Assembly (NCBI GenBank): GCA_030390025.1
Contig: CM059438.1
Coordinates: forward strand, 33,852,001 to 33,916,000
From: Squalus acanthias
Taxonomy: Eukaryota
DNA: 64,000 bases
Direction of reading: 5' to 3'
Shown here: positions 11,384 through 22,315 of the stretch, piece by piece
Layout of the letters: every line of letters begins with the position of its first letter
Numbering within the stretch: position 1 is the first letter of the stretch
Translations under genes and position numbers: made by a program
Notes under the pieces: generated by a model
Database searches by the model: none
Told to the model about the DNA's origin: nothing
Seen by the model: only the letters and a program-made list of their open reading frames with translations

Positions 11384-13260
11384 CTACTTTTTGCCCTTCG
11401 AGGGTGATCTCCTTCCCTTGCGCACTTCCCCCCTTCTAACCCTACTGCTCCTCCGTAATGGGACCTCAGTGGCTGCAGCAAGGCTGGTGGAAGGCTGCTG
11501 CTCGTCAGACCCTGACACTGCAGATGCCCCTGAAGGACGGCCTCGACCACTTCTGGGCCTGGAGGGCCCGGCTGCAGACTGCACCAACTCTGCATGGGCG
11601 GCAGCAGTCTGTCCTACAGGCGGTGGCAAGTGCAGTGGAGAAGTGACAGTGTTGGCAGCAGGAATGCTGTCATCGTGAGAGAGGACAGCAACTCCCTGCT
11701 CGCCCGACACACTGGCACTCCCACGGGGCAGCACTTCAGCATCCGGAGCAATTTGCCGGAGAACAGATTGCTGGCCTGCTGCGGCGCGGTGACAGCCCCG
11801 GGGACATGTGCACGAACCATCGAGGTTGGCAGCAGTCTGTGCTCGCGTGGCCTCCATCTGAGTCTGTATGAGAGCAGTCAGAGGTGGGATCACGGCAGCC
11901 ATTGACTGAATTGCAGCACTAAGCGTTAGTGTGGCATCCGCCTGTGCTACAGCGAAGTGCTCCACACTCCTTGCCAGTGACTCAATGCAATCGGGCACCC
12001 TTCCCACTGCACCCATGAGCTCAGTGTGCATGCCCACCGCCTGGGTGTTCATTTCTGCAATCAGCCGCTCCTCCTCTGCGTCCATTGCAGTAGGAGTGTC
12101 TGGCATACTCTCCCTCTGGGGAGAAGGCCCCCGTTCTTCCCTACCCCCCCCATGGCGTTGCTGCAGCCCGCTGGGTCCTGGAGCTTCACCATCATCAGCC
12201 CCTTCCCCCCTGCTCCCCTCCGGGGAAGGCGTGTTCCCAGTGTGGGCATGGGCTTCCTCGGGAGAGGGCGGCACTGATGCTCCGGCTTCCTCTTCCTCCT
12301 CAGCTGCAGCATCACTCCCAGTGGCAGCTTCAGGGCCCGTCTCCTCAGCTGGTGAATCACCATCTGAAAGCAGGGAGGTACAAGAGTGGCTTTAGCGTGA
12401 GGACAGGGTGGCAGTAAGGGAGGAATAAGTGCAGCGAGTTAGCAAGTTGGATTGAAAGTGTCAAAGGCTGGTATTGTGAGGGACAAGTGGAAGGACAGAG
12501 GACAAAAAGGTGATGACCTTACCATTGCTGTCCACAACGGGGTCGGCGTCTCCAGTGGCGACGGGACCGATCACCCGGCTTGCCACAATCCTGTGGACGC
12601 GCTCCTCCAGATCGCTGAGGGGTTGCAGCTGAAGCCGCCCTCCACCCGTCCGTTGCTGCTGTCTCCGATTATGAGCCAGCTTAGCCTGCAAGAAAAAGGA
12701 CAGCATCTGAGTAAATATACAGCCATGGTCTTGCCTGATGTGCCTCCCATAGGTGAATAGCCCTTACTGTATGCAGCCATGGTCTTGCCTGATGTGCCTC
12801 CCATAGGTGAATAGCCCTTACTGTATGCAGCCATGGTCTTGCCTGATGTGCCTCCCATAGGTGAATAGCCCTTACTGTATGCAAAGTGTGGAATGTGTGT
12901 GTGTGTTTGATGAAAGGGCCATAGGTGTTGGATGAGTGTTGTGCATTGGGGTTTTAAGACCCTCTGGCCATAGAGTGAGGTTGAGATGGAGGGATGGAGA
13001 GGTATTGAGAAAAAGCCACTCACCCTGACGACCCGAGTGAGGTCGTTGAACTTTTTGCGGCATTGAACATGGGTCCTGGGCACCATGCTCCTGGAGGAGA
13101 CGCTCTGAGCCACCTCCCTCCACACTCTTCTGAACTCGCGTGGCAAAGGCCTCCTGCCACTCTCCGGGAACAGCATGCATCGTCTGCGCTCCACTGCGTC
13201 AACCAGAGCATCCAAGGCCCGCTCGGTGAAGCGATGAGCGCGTTCTCTCACCCTCTCCAT
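11384..13260 (-). CDS. Harbinger Myb/SANT-like (MSANTD/NAIF1-type) protein, 3 exons: 13260-13024, 12685-12523, 12363-11384 (about 459 aa)
   Basis: RFT.RALDALV...W.EVA..V...RT..QCRKKFNDL trihelix motif; canonical GT-AG sites at the same positions as copy 1; 237+163+980 = 1380 nt in frame. Confidence 0.88.
12718..12881 (-). repeat. Three tandem 54-bp repeats in intron 1 of the Myb gene (copy 2)
   Basis: Reverse complement of the repeat at 167-330. Confidence 0.95.
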
Positions 13261-13647
13261 GCTTGGCAGCAAAATGGATTACAGGTCTCTCCAGGCTGAG
13301 ATTCAAGGCTGCAATGAGCAGGGTGTGGCTGGGGAGCAAGTGGCCCCCCCCGCTTTAAGAAGTGTCCGGCGCCATTGTGTCTGTGTTCCCTCGCTAACTG
13401 GCAGCAGCTGCGCTGCGCTCGTGCGCTGAGTTCGCGCCTCACTCCTTGGCCTTTGCGCCTTAAGAGAGGTGTGCAGCGCCTACTTTAGCGCTCCACTCAC
13501 CTCCCGGGGCGGTGAAAGTGAAGTTTCCTGTCAGTGCCGATAATTAGCGCCAGGCGCTAATATTTGCGTCCGGACGATATTTGCGCCCCAAATGGGGCGC
13601 GACCTAATTTCTACCCAATTGGATTGTATTTTACTTGTATTTGTAGT

Positions 13648-13658
13648 GTCAGCTGTCA

Positions 13659-13696
<38 letters not shown>

Positions 13697-14100
13697 GTGG
13701 GTTCAAGTCCCACTCCAGGGACTTGAGCACAAAAATCTAGATTGACACTCCGATGCAGTACTGAGGGAGTGCTGCACTGTCAGAGTCTTTTGGATGAGAC
13801 GTTAAACCGAGGCCCTGTCTGCTCTCTCAAGTGGACGAAAAAGATCCCATGGTACTATTTCGAAGAAGAGCAGGGGACTTATCCCTGGTGTCCTGGCCAA
13901 TATTTATCCCTCAATCAACATAAAAAACAGATTAGCTGGTCATTATCACATTGCTGTTTGTGGGAGCTTGCTGTGTGCAAATTGGCCGCGTTTCCTACAT
14001 TACAACAGTGACTCCACTGCAAAAGTACTTCGTTGGCTGTAAAGCACTTTGAGATATCCGGTGGTCGTGAAAAGGCGCTGTATAAATCCAAGTCTTTCTT
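13648..14100 (+). mobile_element. tRNA-derived SINE (SacSINE1/DeuSINE-like)
   Basis: tRNA-like head (ctcagtgggtagcac...ggttcaagtccc), core ggatgagacgttaaaccgaggccc, L2-like tail gaaaaggcgctgtataaat. Confidence 0.85.
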
Positions 14101-15279
14101 TTATTTTGTCAAATTTTTTGTGTCAGCTTTTTCAATTATAAATTCCTATGTCCACTCTTATAATGGAAATGCCTATGTAAACTCAACACACTTTTGTGCA
14201 ATCTGGCCCTGGGTTGCACGCTCTAGCTACTAGTTTCCCAATTTTCTCAGAATGCTTCCTGAAAATTGTTTTCATCCACCATTTTTTCCCTTAGTAACTG
14301 AAATTTCTAATGTCCAAAATAAGGATTTAACCAAACTCAAAAAATTACATATTTCAAAATAAAATGATTAAATTTATCCATTGAATAATCTTTTGTGTTC
14401 TTTAACGCCTGCATTAAAAATTTTACTTGAAGGCCTCTCCCAAAAGCCCAGGGATGGAGTTGATGGTCCTGAATTTCCGTAGGGTTCTCAGCGGGAAATG
14501 GGCAGAATTGCTGAAGAAACTATAAGAAACAGAAGGAAAGCCTATATTGCCATTTCTATAAGGGTTCCATCAATCTTCCATCAAAATTATGGCAGGAGAT
14601 TGGAAGATCCCCTACAGAACTATAGGGTCAATATCTTTGCTCAGAGCTGTGAGCTGAATTTGGATTGTGCCGTATCTAGAATGCATCACTTTAGTACAAT
14701 TAGCTCTACTGAGGAACCTTTTTTCTTTAGCTTCAAAAGGTTTTCAAAACTATTTGAAGAAAAGCTAACAGCCAAATTTCAAAAAATGTTTCTGAGGTGG
14801 TATTCATATTAAATGTCTTGTTTAAGAAAAAACAGAGAGGCTATGCGTTTCTCTGTGAGACAGCGAGAGCAAGAGAGAAAAAAATGACAGTCTTCTGATT
14901 CAGCATCTATTGTAACCTTTACTTTGTGTTCTATAAACTTTAGGAAATGATAGAAAGAGAGACTGGTGTCAAAGAAGAAGAGAGGGAGAGAGGGGTTAGG
15001 GTCAGCGAGAGAGAAGGATGTGGGGGAGAACGAGTGCATCTTTCTTCATGTAATGTGGCTTCAATTATCAAAAAAAACACCAACTAAAATTTGAAGCCAG
15101 CTAATTACCTCACTTGACAGTTAGAAAAGATCTATGCTAATGGATTATACCTATGAGCCAAAGATTCTAATTTCTAAGACCTAGAAGACACAAATCGAAA
15201 GACAAACAGGCAGATTTTTCCTCATTCTAATTTATATTTTCTTACATTGAATTTTGAAAGCAAACAAAGTAATAAGGGA

Positions 15280-16710
15280 AATAACAACAGAAAACGCTGG
15301 AAAAACTCAGCAGGCCAGACAACATCCGTGGAGAGAGAAAGAGAGTTAACATTTCAGGTCGATGACCTTTCGTCAGAACTGGGAAGAGCCGGAAATCAAA
15401 TAGATTTAAGGCCAGGGTAAAGCTGGGAAAAGGGGGAGGGGATAAAGGAACAAAAGGGGAGATAAAGAGACATTAAGAGACATTAAGAGATATGCAAGGC
15501 AAGAGGTGGTGTTGATGTGACAGGTTAAGGCTGAAAGAAGTGTGAAATCCACTGGCAGAATGAAGGACAGCTGCCAGCTTCTAGGAGGAAAAAAAAGGTG
15601 GGGGGGGGGGCAAATAAAAGGGTGGATGAAAAAATAAAATATAAATGTGATTGGAGCTGAGGTTATGATCTAAAATTGTTGAACTCGATATTGAGTCCAG
15701 ACGGCTGTAGCGTGCCTAAATGAAAGATGAGGTGCTGTTCCTCGAGCTTACGCTGCGCTTCCGTGGAACAGTGTAATAGGCCGAGGACGGTGGGGTCAGA
15801 GTGGGAGTGAAGCGGTGAATTAAAGTGACAGGCGACCGGGAGCTCGGGGTCCCCCTTACGGACTGAACGGAGGTGTTCCGCAAAGCGGTCACCCAATCTG
15901 CGTTTGGTCTCCCCAATGTAGAGGAGACCACATCGTGAGCAGCGAATACAGTATACTAAATTGCAGGAAGTACAAGTAAATCGCTGTTTCACCTGGAAGG
16001 GGTGTTTGGGGCCCTGGACAGTGGGAAGAGGGGAGGTATAAGGGCATGTGTTGCATCTCCTGCGCGTGCACGGGAAGGTGCCGGGCGAAGGGGAAGGGGT
16101 GCTGGGGGTGGTAGAGGAGTGGACTAGGGTGTCGCGGAGGGAGCAGTCCCTGCAGAATGCTGAAAGGGGAGGTGAGGGGAAGATGCGTTTGGTGGTGGGA
16201 TCACACTGGAGGTGGCGGAAATGGCGGAGGATGATCCGTTGAATGTGGAGGCTGGTGGGGTGAAAGGTGAGGACAAGGGGAACCCTATCGTGGTTCCGGG
16301 AGGGAGGGGCAGGGGTGAGGGCAGAAGTGCGGGAGATAGAACGGACACGGTCGAGGGCCGTGTCGACCACGGTAGAGGGGAATCCTCGGTTGAGGAAAAA
16401 GGAAGACATGTCGGAAGCACTGGTATGGAAGGTGGCATCATCAGAGCAGATGCGGTGGAGACGGAGAAACTGGGAGAATGGAATAGAGTCCTTACAGGAG
16501 GCGGGGTGGGAGGAAGTGTAGTCCAGGTAGCTGTGGGAGTCAGTGGGCTTGTAGTGAATGTTAGTCAATAACCTATCCCCAGAGATGGTGGGGTGAAAGG
16601 TCCACCCCAGAGATGGAGATGAAGAAGTCGAGGAAGGGAAGGGAAGAGTCGGAGATGGACCATGTGAAGGTGAGGGAATGGTGGAAATTGGAAGCATAGT
16701 GAATGAAATG
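15280..16710 (-). mobile_element. Penelope-like retroelement 3' fragment (RT thumb, GIY-YIG endonuclease, terminal repeat)
   Basis: YKPTDSHSYLDYTSSHP; C..RRCNTC; VYCIRCSRCGLLYIGETKRRL..RF.EH; GLN C-terminus in ORF 15663-16724. Confidence 0.92.
15344..15380 (-). ncRNA. Minimal hammerhead ribozyme motif of the Penelope terminus
   Basis: agtt-CTGACGA-aaggtc atc gacct-GAAA-tgtt-aact. Confidence 0.7.
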
Positions 16711-16769
16711 TTCCTTCCGTGCATGGCTCATGATTCCAGTTAGGAACACGCACAGCAGGCCTACAATGA

Positions 16770-17612
16770 GGAGGTCTTCGCTTTACCATGGAGGTTGTTA
16801 CCTACAACTGCAGCCTCAAACCAGGGCACGGACAGCATTGCCTGTGGCGGTCAAAGTCACCGGCATACTTACCACGGGCTCCTTTCAGGCTGCAAAGGTG
16901 ACATCAGCAATATCTGGCAGTTTGCAGTACACCGATGTATCAGGGAGGCCACTAAGGCTCTCTACACCAAGAGAAACACTTGCATCCTTCTCTATTGACA
17001 GAGACAAGCAGGATGAGAGAGCAAGCGGTTTTGCCCACATGGCAGACTTCACCATGGTGTAAGGTGCCATTGACTGCACGCACATTGCCTTGCGAGCTCC
17101 GCATCAGCACGCTGGAATATTTATCAATCCCCAGGGATTCCATTCCCTCACAGTATAACTGGCTTACGACCATAGGCAGCATATCATGCAGGTCTGAACC
17201 CATCATCCTGGCAGCAGTCTCAACTCTTTCATTCTGTGCCTCCTTTATTGAAACCAGCCCTCCAATTTACAGGCTGTCTATTGGGCAACAAGGGATATCC
17301 CCTCCGTGCATGGCTCATGATTCCAGTTAGGAACACGCACACTGCTGCACAGCAGGCCTACAATGAGAGCGAGGGTGCCACAAGGAACATCATCAAGTAA
17401 ACAATCAGGGTACTCAAGCAATGCTTCCGCTGCCTGGGCCGTTCCGGAGGAGCTTTGCAATACACCATGAAGCAGGCTTCCAGATTTGTGGAAACGCCAG
17501 CGAGCGGCCTCCGAGCCACCCAATTTTCCATCACTTCTTGCCTGGTGGGATTTAACTGAGGCCAGGCCATTAAAATCCCACCAGAAACCCGCTGGCAGTC
17601 AAAATCCAGGCC
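16770..17612 (+). pseudogene. Degenerate Harbinger transposase relic
   Basis: LQPQTRARTALPVAVKVT, GAIDCTH, GNKGYP and VLKQCFRCL remnants with stops and frameshifts. Confidence 0.8.
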
Positions 17613-18684
17613 TGAGTTTTGCTCTGATCTGTTGATTGGGGAATCATTTTCCTTTGTCTGATTTGGTGATCAGCATGCAGGTAGCCCTGTGTTATATATC
17701 TACAATATCTAAAAGCAGATTGATGGCATGACTCCCAAGGGCTTTATAATTCAATAGTTAATACTTATGACAGGACAAATAAGTAACCTAACAGAAACAC
17801 TTAAAAATAATCCTGATTGTTTACTTCTACAGTTGAAGTCAAGGCTACAGAAAAACCTAACAATGGCACTCCCTCAAGAGGCACACCAAAAACGTATGTA
17901 AAGGATAGCATCGGTTCCAAGGCTCTCAGTAGAGATTCGTTAAAACAGTGGCCATAATAGGAGAAGAAAGTACAGTGGTAAACTGAGGAGAGGCTTGTGG
18001 AGTGGGAGAGAGCACAATGCAGACACAGAACACAGTGTGGAAAGAAAGCACAAAAACAAAAATAGACAAGAAACACTGAGCCAGCCAGCAGATAGAAAAG
18101 AAAGGATATCTGAAAATTGGGCAGTGATCAAGCAGGAAATGGAAGTGGAAATTTCTCCACTGGAATTTGTAAGTAAAGTATGATTTTTACAAACATGTTA
18201 AAGGGATTACAATATATAATAAACTTAATGCAATAGTAACAAATAATGCACAGATGTAAATTGGACTCCAAGGATTTTCCCTCCATCTATTGCCAGTTTT
18301 GTGGCAGATTCTGGGAGGATAGTGGAAGATAATGGCCAAGTGCCAATGCAACTCCAATGCCCCATTGCAGCTTTGTTTTGCCCCTGGTGGCAGCCACAGG
18401 AACTGTCACAATCGACCTCGCATGCAAATCAGATTTAAGTTGGGGTTTCCTCCTCTACCATATATGGACTACCTCAAAAAAATCAGCCCTATAGTAGAGA
18501 CACTGCTGGTTGATAGATAGCAGTAGGCAGGCGATAGTATTGTTAAAGGCCACCTCATTGGGATAGTGTACTTGGTCAAACTTGATAGCTAAAGACTCAT
18601 TTTTGGGGTGACCTTTTCCAGCTGCCATTTCTACATAACTGTGGAGTTTTTTTGAATGTTTAGCCATGAAGCACAGGACACAAT

Positions 18685-19428
18685 GGCCCAGAAATTAAAG
18701 ACTGAGTGTTGACGCGGGGGTAAGGCTTCCCCGCGATCTCTCACTCCGCGTTGGCTTTTTCAGATCCAGCTCGCACGAACTTGATGTTCTAGACATCAGC
18801 TGGGCAGTGCTTGCGTATCCCACTGGCGTAGTGAATTCGTGCGAGCTGTGGGATCACGTGACTCAGTTAGAGCCAATGGCAGCACACCATCTTCCATTCA
18901 TAAGTTTCACATAAGTGCTGTGAAAGCTATGAATCTTACACACCCCCAAAATAACAGCTAAACCTCAATTAAATTTTTTTTTTAAACCATCACATTAATA
19001 AAATAAGTATAGTTAAATAAATTAACCATTTTAAATAAAAAATTAAATTTTTGAAAAAATTTAAAATCTTTTAAAAAGTTATAAAAATAAACTTACCTGT
19101 CTTTAAAGTCTCTAAAAAAGATATACCTGTTAAAAAAAATTCAAAATAATACTTAATTCACTACTTACCTTGTTAAAAGTGGGTCTTACTCCTCCTTTTT
19201 TCATTTCTAAAATCTTCCGTCCTTACCTGCGCGTACAAAGCACTAAGTGCACAGCGTGCGCGCAGCCTGTAGCGCGCACGCGGTGCACCGAGGAACCGCC
19301 CCCTTTTCCAAAAACCAAGTGCCGGTTTTCAGCGCATGCGCAGGGCATGCAGAAAACCGGCAATTGGAGACAGAATACGCGAGAGTACGCAGTGCGTACT
19401 CTCGCGTCGCGGGACTAATTTTTGGGCC
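18685..19428. mobile_element. Harbinger-type MITE (GGCCCAGAAATT family)
   Basis: TIRs GGCCCAGAAATT / AATTTTTGGGCC; AT-rich core and internal hairpins shared with 62097-62852. Confidence 0.8.
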
Positions 19429-19494
19429 ATTGGTGTTTCCATTAGGCAATTCCCAGTACTTGTGTTTTGAAGATGAGGATGAGGATACTTACTG

Positions 19495-20088
19495 CAATTA
19501 TATAGGGCCCTGGTGAGACCACACCTGGAGTACTGTGTACAGTTTTGGTCTCCTTACCTAAGGAAGGATATACTTGCCATAGAGGGAGTGCAACTAAGGT
19601 TCACCAGACTGGTTCCTGGGATGGGGGGATTGTTCTATGAGGACAGATTGAGTAGACTAGGCCTATATTCTCTGGAGTTTAGAAGAATGAGAGGTGATCT
19701 CATTGAAACATATAATATTCGTACAGGGCTTGACAGGGTAGATGCAGGGAGGATGTTCCCCTGGCTGGGGAGTCTAGAACCAGGGGTCACAGTCTCAGAA
19801 TAAGGGGTCAGCCATTTAGGACTGAGATGAGGAGAAATTTCTTCATTCAGAGGGTGGTGAATCTTTGGAATTCTCTACCCCAGAGGGCTGTGGAGACTCA
19901 GTTCTTGAGTATATTCAAGAGAGAGATCGATAGATTTTTGGATGTTAAGGGAATCAAGGGATATGGGGATAGTGCAGGAAAGTGGAGTTGAGGTAGAAGA
20001 TCAGCCATGATCTTATTGAATGGTGGAGCAGGCTCGAGGGGCCGAATGGCCTACTCCTGCTCCTATCTCTTATGTTCTTATGTTCTTA
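19495..20088 (+). mobile_element. CR1 LINE 3' fragment
   Basis: RPHLEYCVQFWSP...; ttcttatg tail. Confidence 0.9.
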
Positions 20089-22049
20089 GGATAATGAGGA
20101 AGAGCTGTGTAGTCAGCAGGCAGCCTGGGGCCCATTTCAGGCAGAGGTTGCTGAGGAGAACCCATTGCCAACAGTTCATAAGGGAACTTTTGGTCTAAAT
20201 AAGACTTATGCGAGTGCATGACGCAAGCCATAATTAATGCTCAAATCAGCCAGCAAGTTCAAGGGAAGAAGAGATACGCCATGCAATCCTGTGTGTTTCT
20301 GGTGGGAAAACTCACTGAGGAGGAAAATCTAGCCCTAAATATTTTGGTGCTGCAGTTCTATCCTTGCCCTTGCCACTTCCTTTCTGGGGCAATTTTTCTC
20401 CAGCAATTCCAATGCCCACTTTCAACAAACACATTTTTGAGCCACAATTTGCCTTTTTCCTACTAACAAATTATTTCACTGCAATGTTGAGTTTATTCTC
20501 CCTGAAATGGTGCTTACATCTTAGTGGAGTTTTTTTCATGTCATTTTGCTTCTGTTTCAATCAGTGGAAGTTCATTTTGACTTATTAAAGGTCAAATGGT
20601 TAATTTCTGGTTGGTAACCCATTTAATTTGCATGATTCCAACTAATGTCCCATTGAATAGATTAATTTACTCCCAGCAGTAAATTAAAATGCAAAAAAAA
20701 CAGTAAATCAATCAACACTTGAATAGAGTGTGCATAATTGCCCTGCATTTACTTTCCAAATACCTTCAATAGCCAAATACATTATTTAACAGTTTCCTCA
20801 TTTGTTGAATTAAATATTTTAAGTTACAAGGGTAAAGTAAAAATTCATGTAATAATATAGAACAAAAACAAATTTCTGTAACATAACAGACTTTCAATAT
20901 TTTGATAATTTAATTTTGTGAGGGTAAAAATCCATATTCTTAAGGCGTTTCTCTTCCCTTCTCCTTTCTGTACTACATGCCTTCTTCCAGCTGAGACACC
21001 AGCGAAATTACATGCTGTCAGGCCTCCATCAAAATTGCCCTCAAACTAGACTGACTGCCTTTCTCTTCTTGTGAAGTGACTGGCCTCTTGTTTAACCGCT
21101 TTCCCTGGCAGCAATGCTGAGATCAGAACCCCAGCATGTGAGAGAATCATGGGTGCAAACTTGAATTCTACTGCCCTTCTGCTACAACACCGCACTGCTA
21201 TCAGGTATTTTTAGCCTTCATTAAGTGCTACTGCAATATACAATTCAGGATATTTTTTTCACAGCAAACTCGTTTTTAAAGAGAGAAAGGCTCTGTAGTT
21301 TACAGCAGCACTTACATAGTTGGCAGCACCGCAGAACATATTCCCTGCTGTCTCTATCATGAATCCAGGAAGATAACAATTACTTCAGATTTTATTTGAT
21401 GCTGACGTCTCTAATGCTGTGCTTGCAAATCAAGCATATGTGTTTCTGGTCACGCCGTTTGAATATTATGACAACTGGCTGCATTCATTAGTTCTATTTT
21501 TTGCTGTCATGCAACACTTAAAATAAATTTGAATCCATTTCTAGAAGCTGCATGGAAGAATCGAAATCTGTGACTTTTTTTTTTAAGATTGATGTTCTTG
21601 TCTATTATATGCTGGCAAATGAATGGTTTCAACACACAATTCTTTTTTACCTCCCATCAGTAGATGCTGTGACAAAATGTCCACAGTATCCTCAATGGCA
21701 TCAAAAGTTTCCCACTGCTGTTATTCACTTTGACAGAGAGAAGGATTTTGCGTTAGTTATTTTACAGTATCCTGCATGAATATGCTAATAAAAACATGTC
21801 TAATTATCAATAAACTAGGAAACCAAATTTAAAATCTACCCAATCTTCATGGATACTTATTAGCATCAACGTGCAGAGTTGCAGTTGTGGTGTTTGGTCT
21901 GCAGGCTTACCAAAATTATTGTTAAGTTGCTATTGACCTTTGAAGGGTAATATGTCATTTTCCTATTGCAAAATCATAGTATTCAAAATTTACAATGAAG
22001 CTTTTCAGTTTGAACATTATTAAGTCTCAGGTATTCCAGAACTTTAAAC

Positions 22050-22315
22050 CAAAGATAAAATGCTGGAAATCTGAAATCAAAACAGAAAATGCTGGGAAAT
22101 ACTCAGCAGGTCAGGCAGCCTCTGTGGAGAGAGAAACAGAGTTAACGTTTCAGGTCAATGACCTTTCGTCAGAACTGAAAGATGTTCAAAGTACTTCTAG
22201 ACCCTGAGACATCTTCCAGTTCATGAAACGTCATCGACCTGAAACGTTAACTGTTTCTCTCTCCACACCCGCTGCCTACCTGCTGAGTCTTTTCCAGTAT
22301 TTTCTATTTTTATTC
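22050..22315. mobile_element. Inverted pair of Penelope terminal repeats
   Basis: About 22075-22186 is an imperfect reverse complement of about 22208-22315; same family as 15280-15385. Confidence 0.8.
22140..22176 (-). ncRNA. Minimal hammerhead ribozyme motif, consensus-intact core
   Basis: agtt-CTGACGA-aaggtc att gacct-GAAA-CG-TT-aact; palindromic AACGTT helix III. Confidence 0.75.

Larger units (their letters stand above)
9417..13617. mobile_element. Complete PIF/Harbinger DNA transposon, copy 2 (4201 bp)
   Basis: Imperfect TIRs GGGGTAAAAATT / AATTTCTACCCA; ATT at 9414-9416 and 13618-13620 (3-bp TSD); GC-rich subterminal regions; two convergent genes. Confidence 0.93.

Noticed and set aside
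13648-13730. tRNA genes (also 23460, 45877, 60740-60818)
   Set aside because: These are tRNA-derived SINE heads continuous with SINE bodies
20991-21204. Plus-strand segment with a polypyrimidine tract/AG and a GT donor
   Set aside because: Stops in all three frames; no support for a coding exon, although a non-coding exon cannot be excluded
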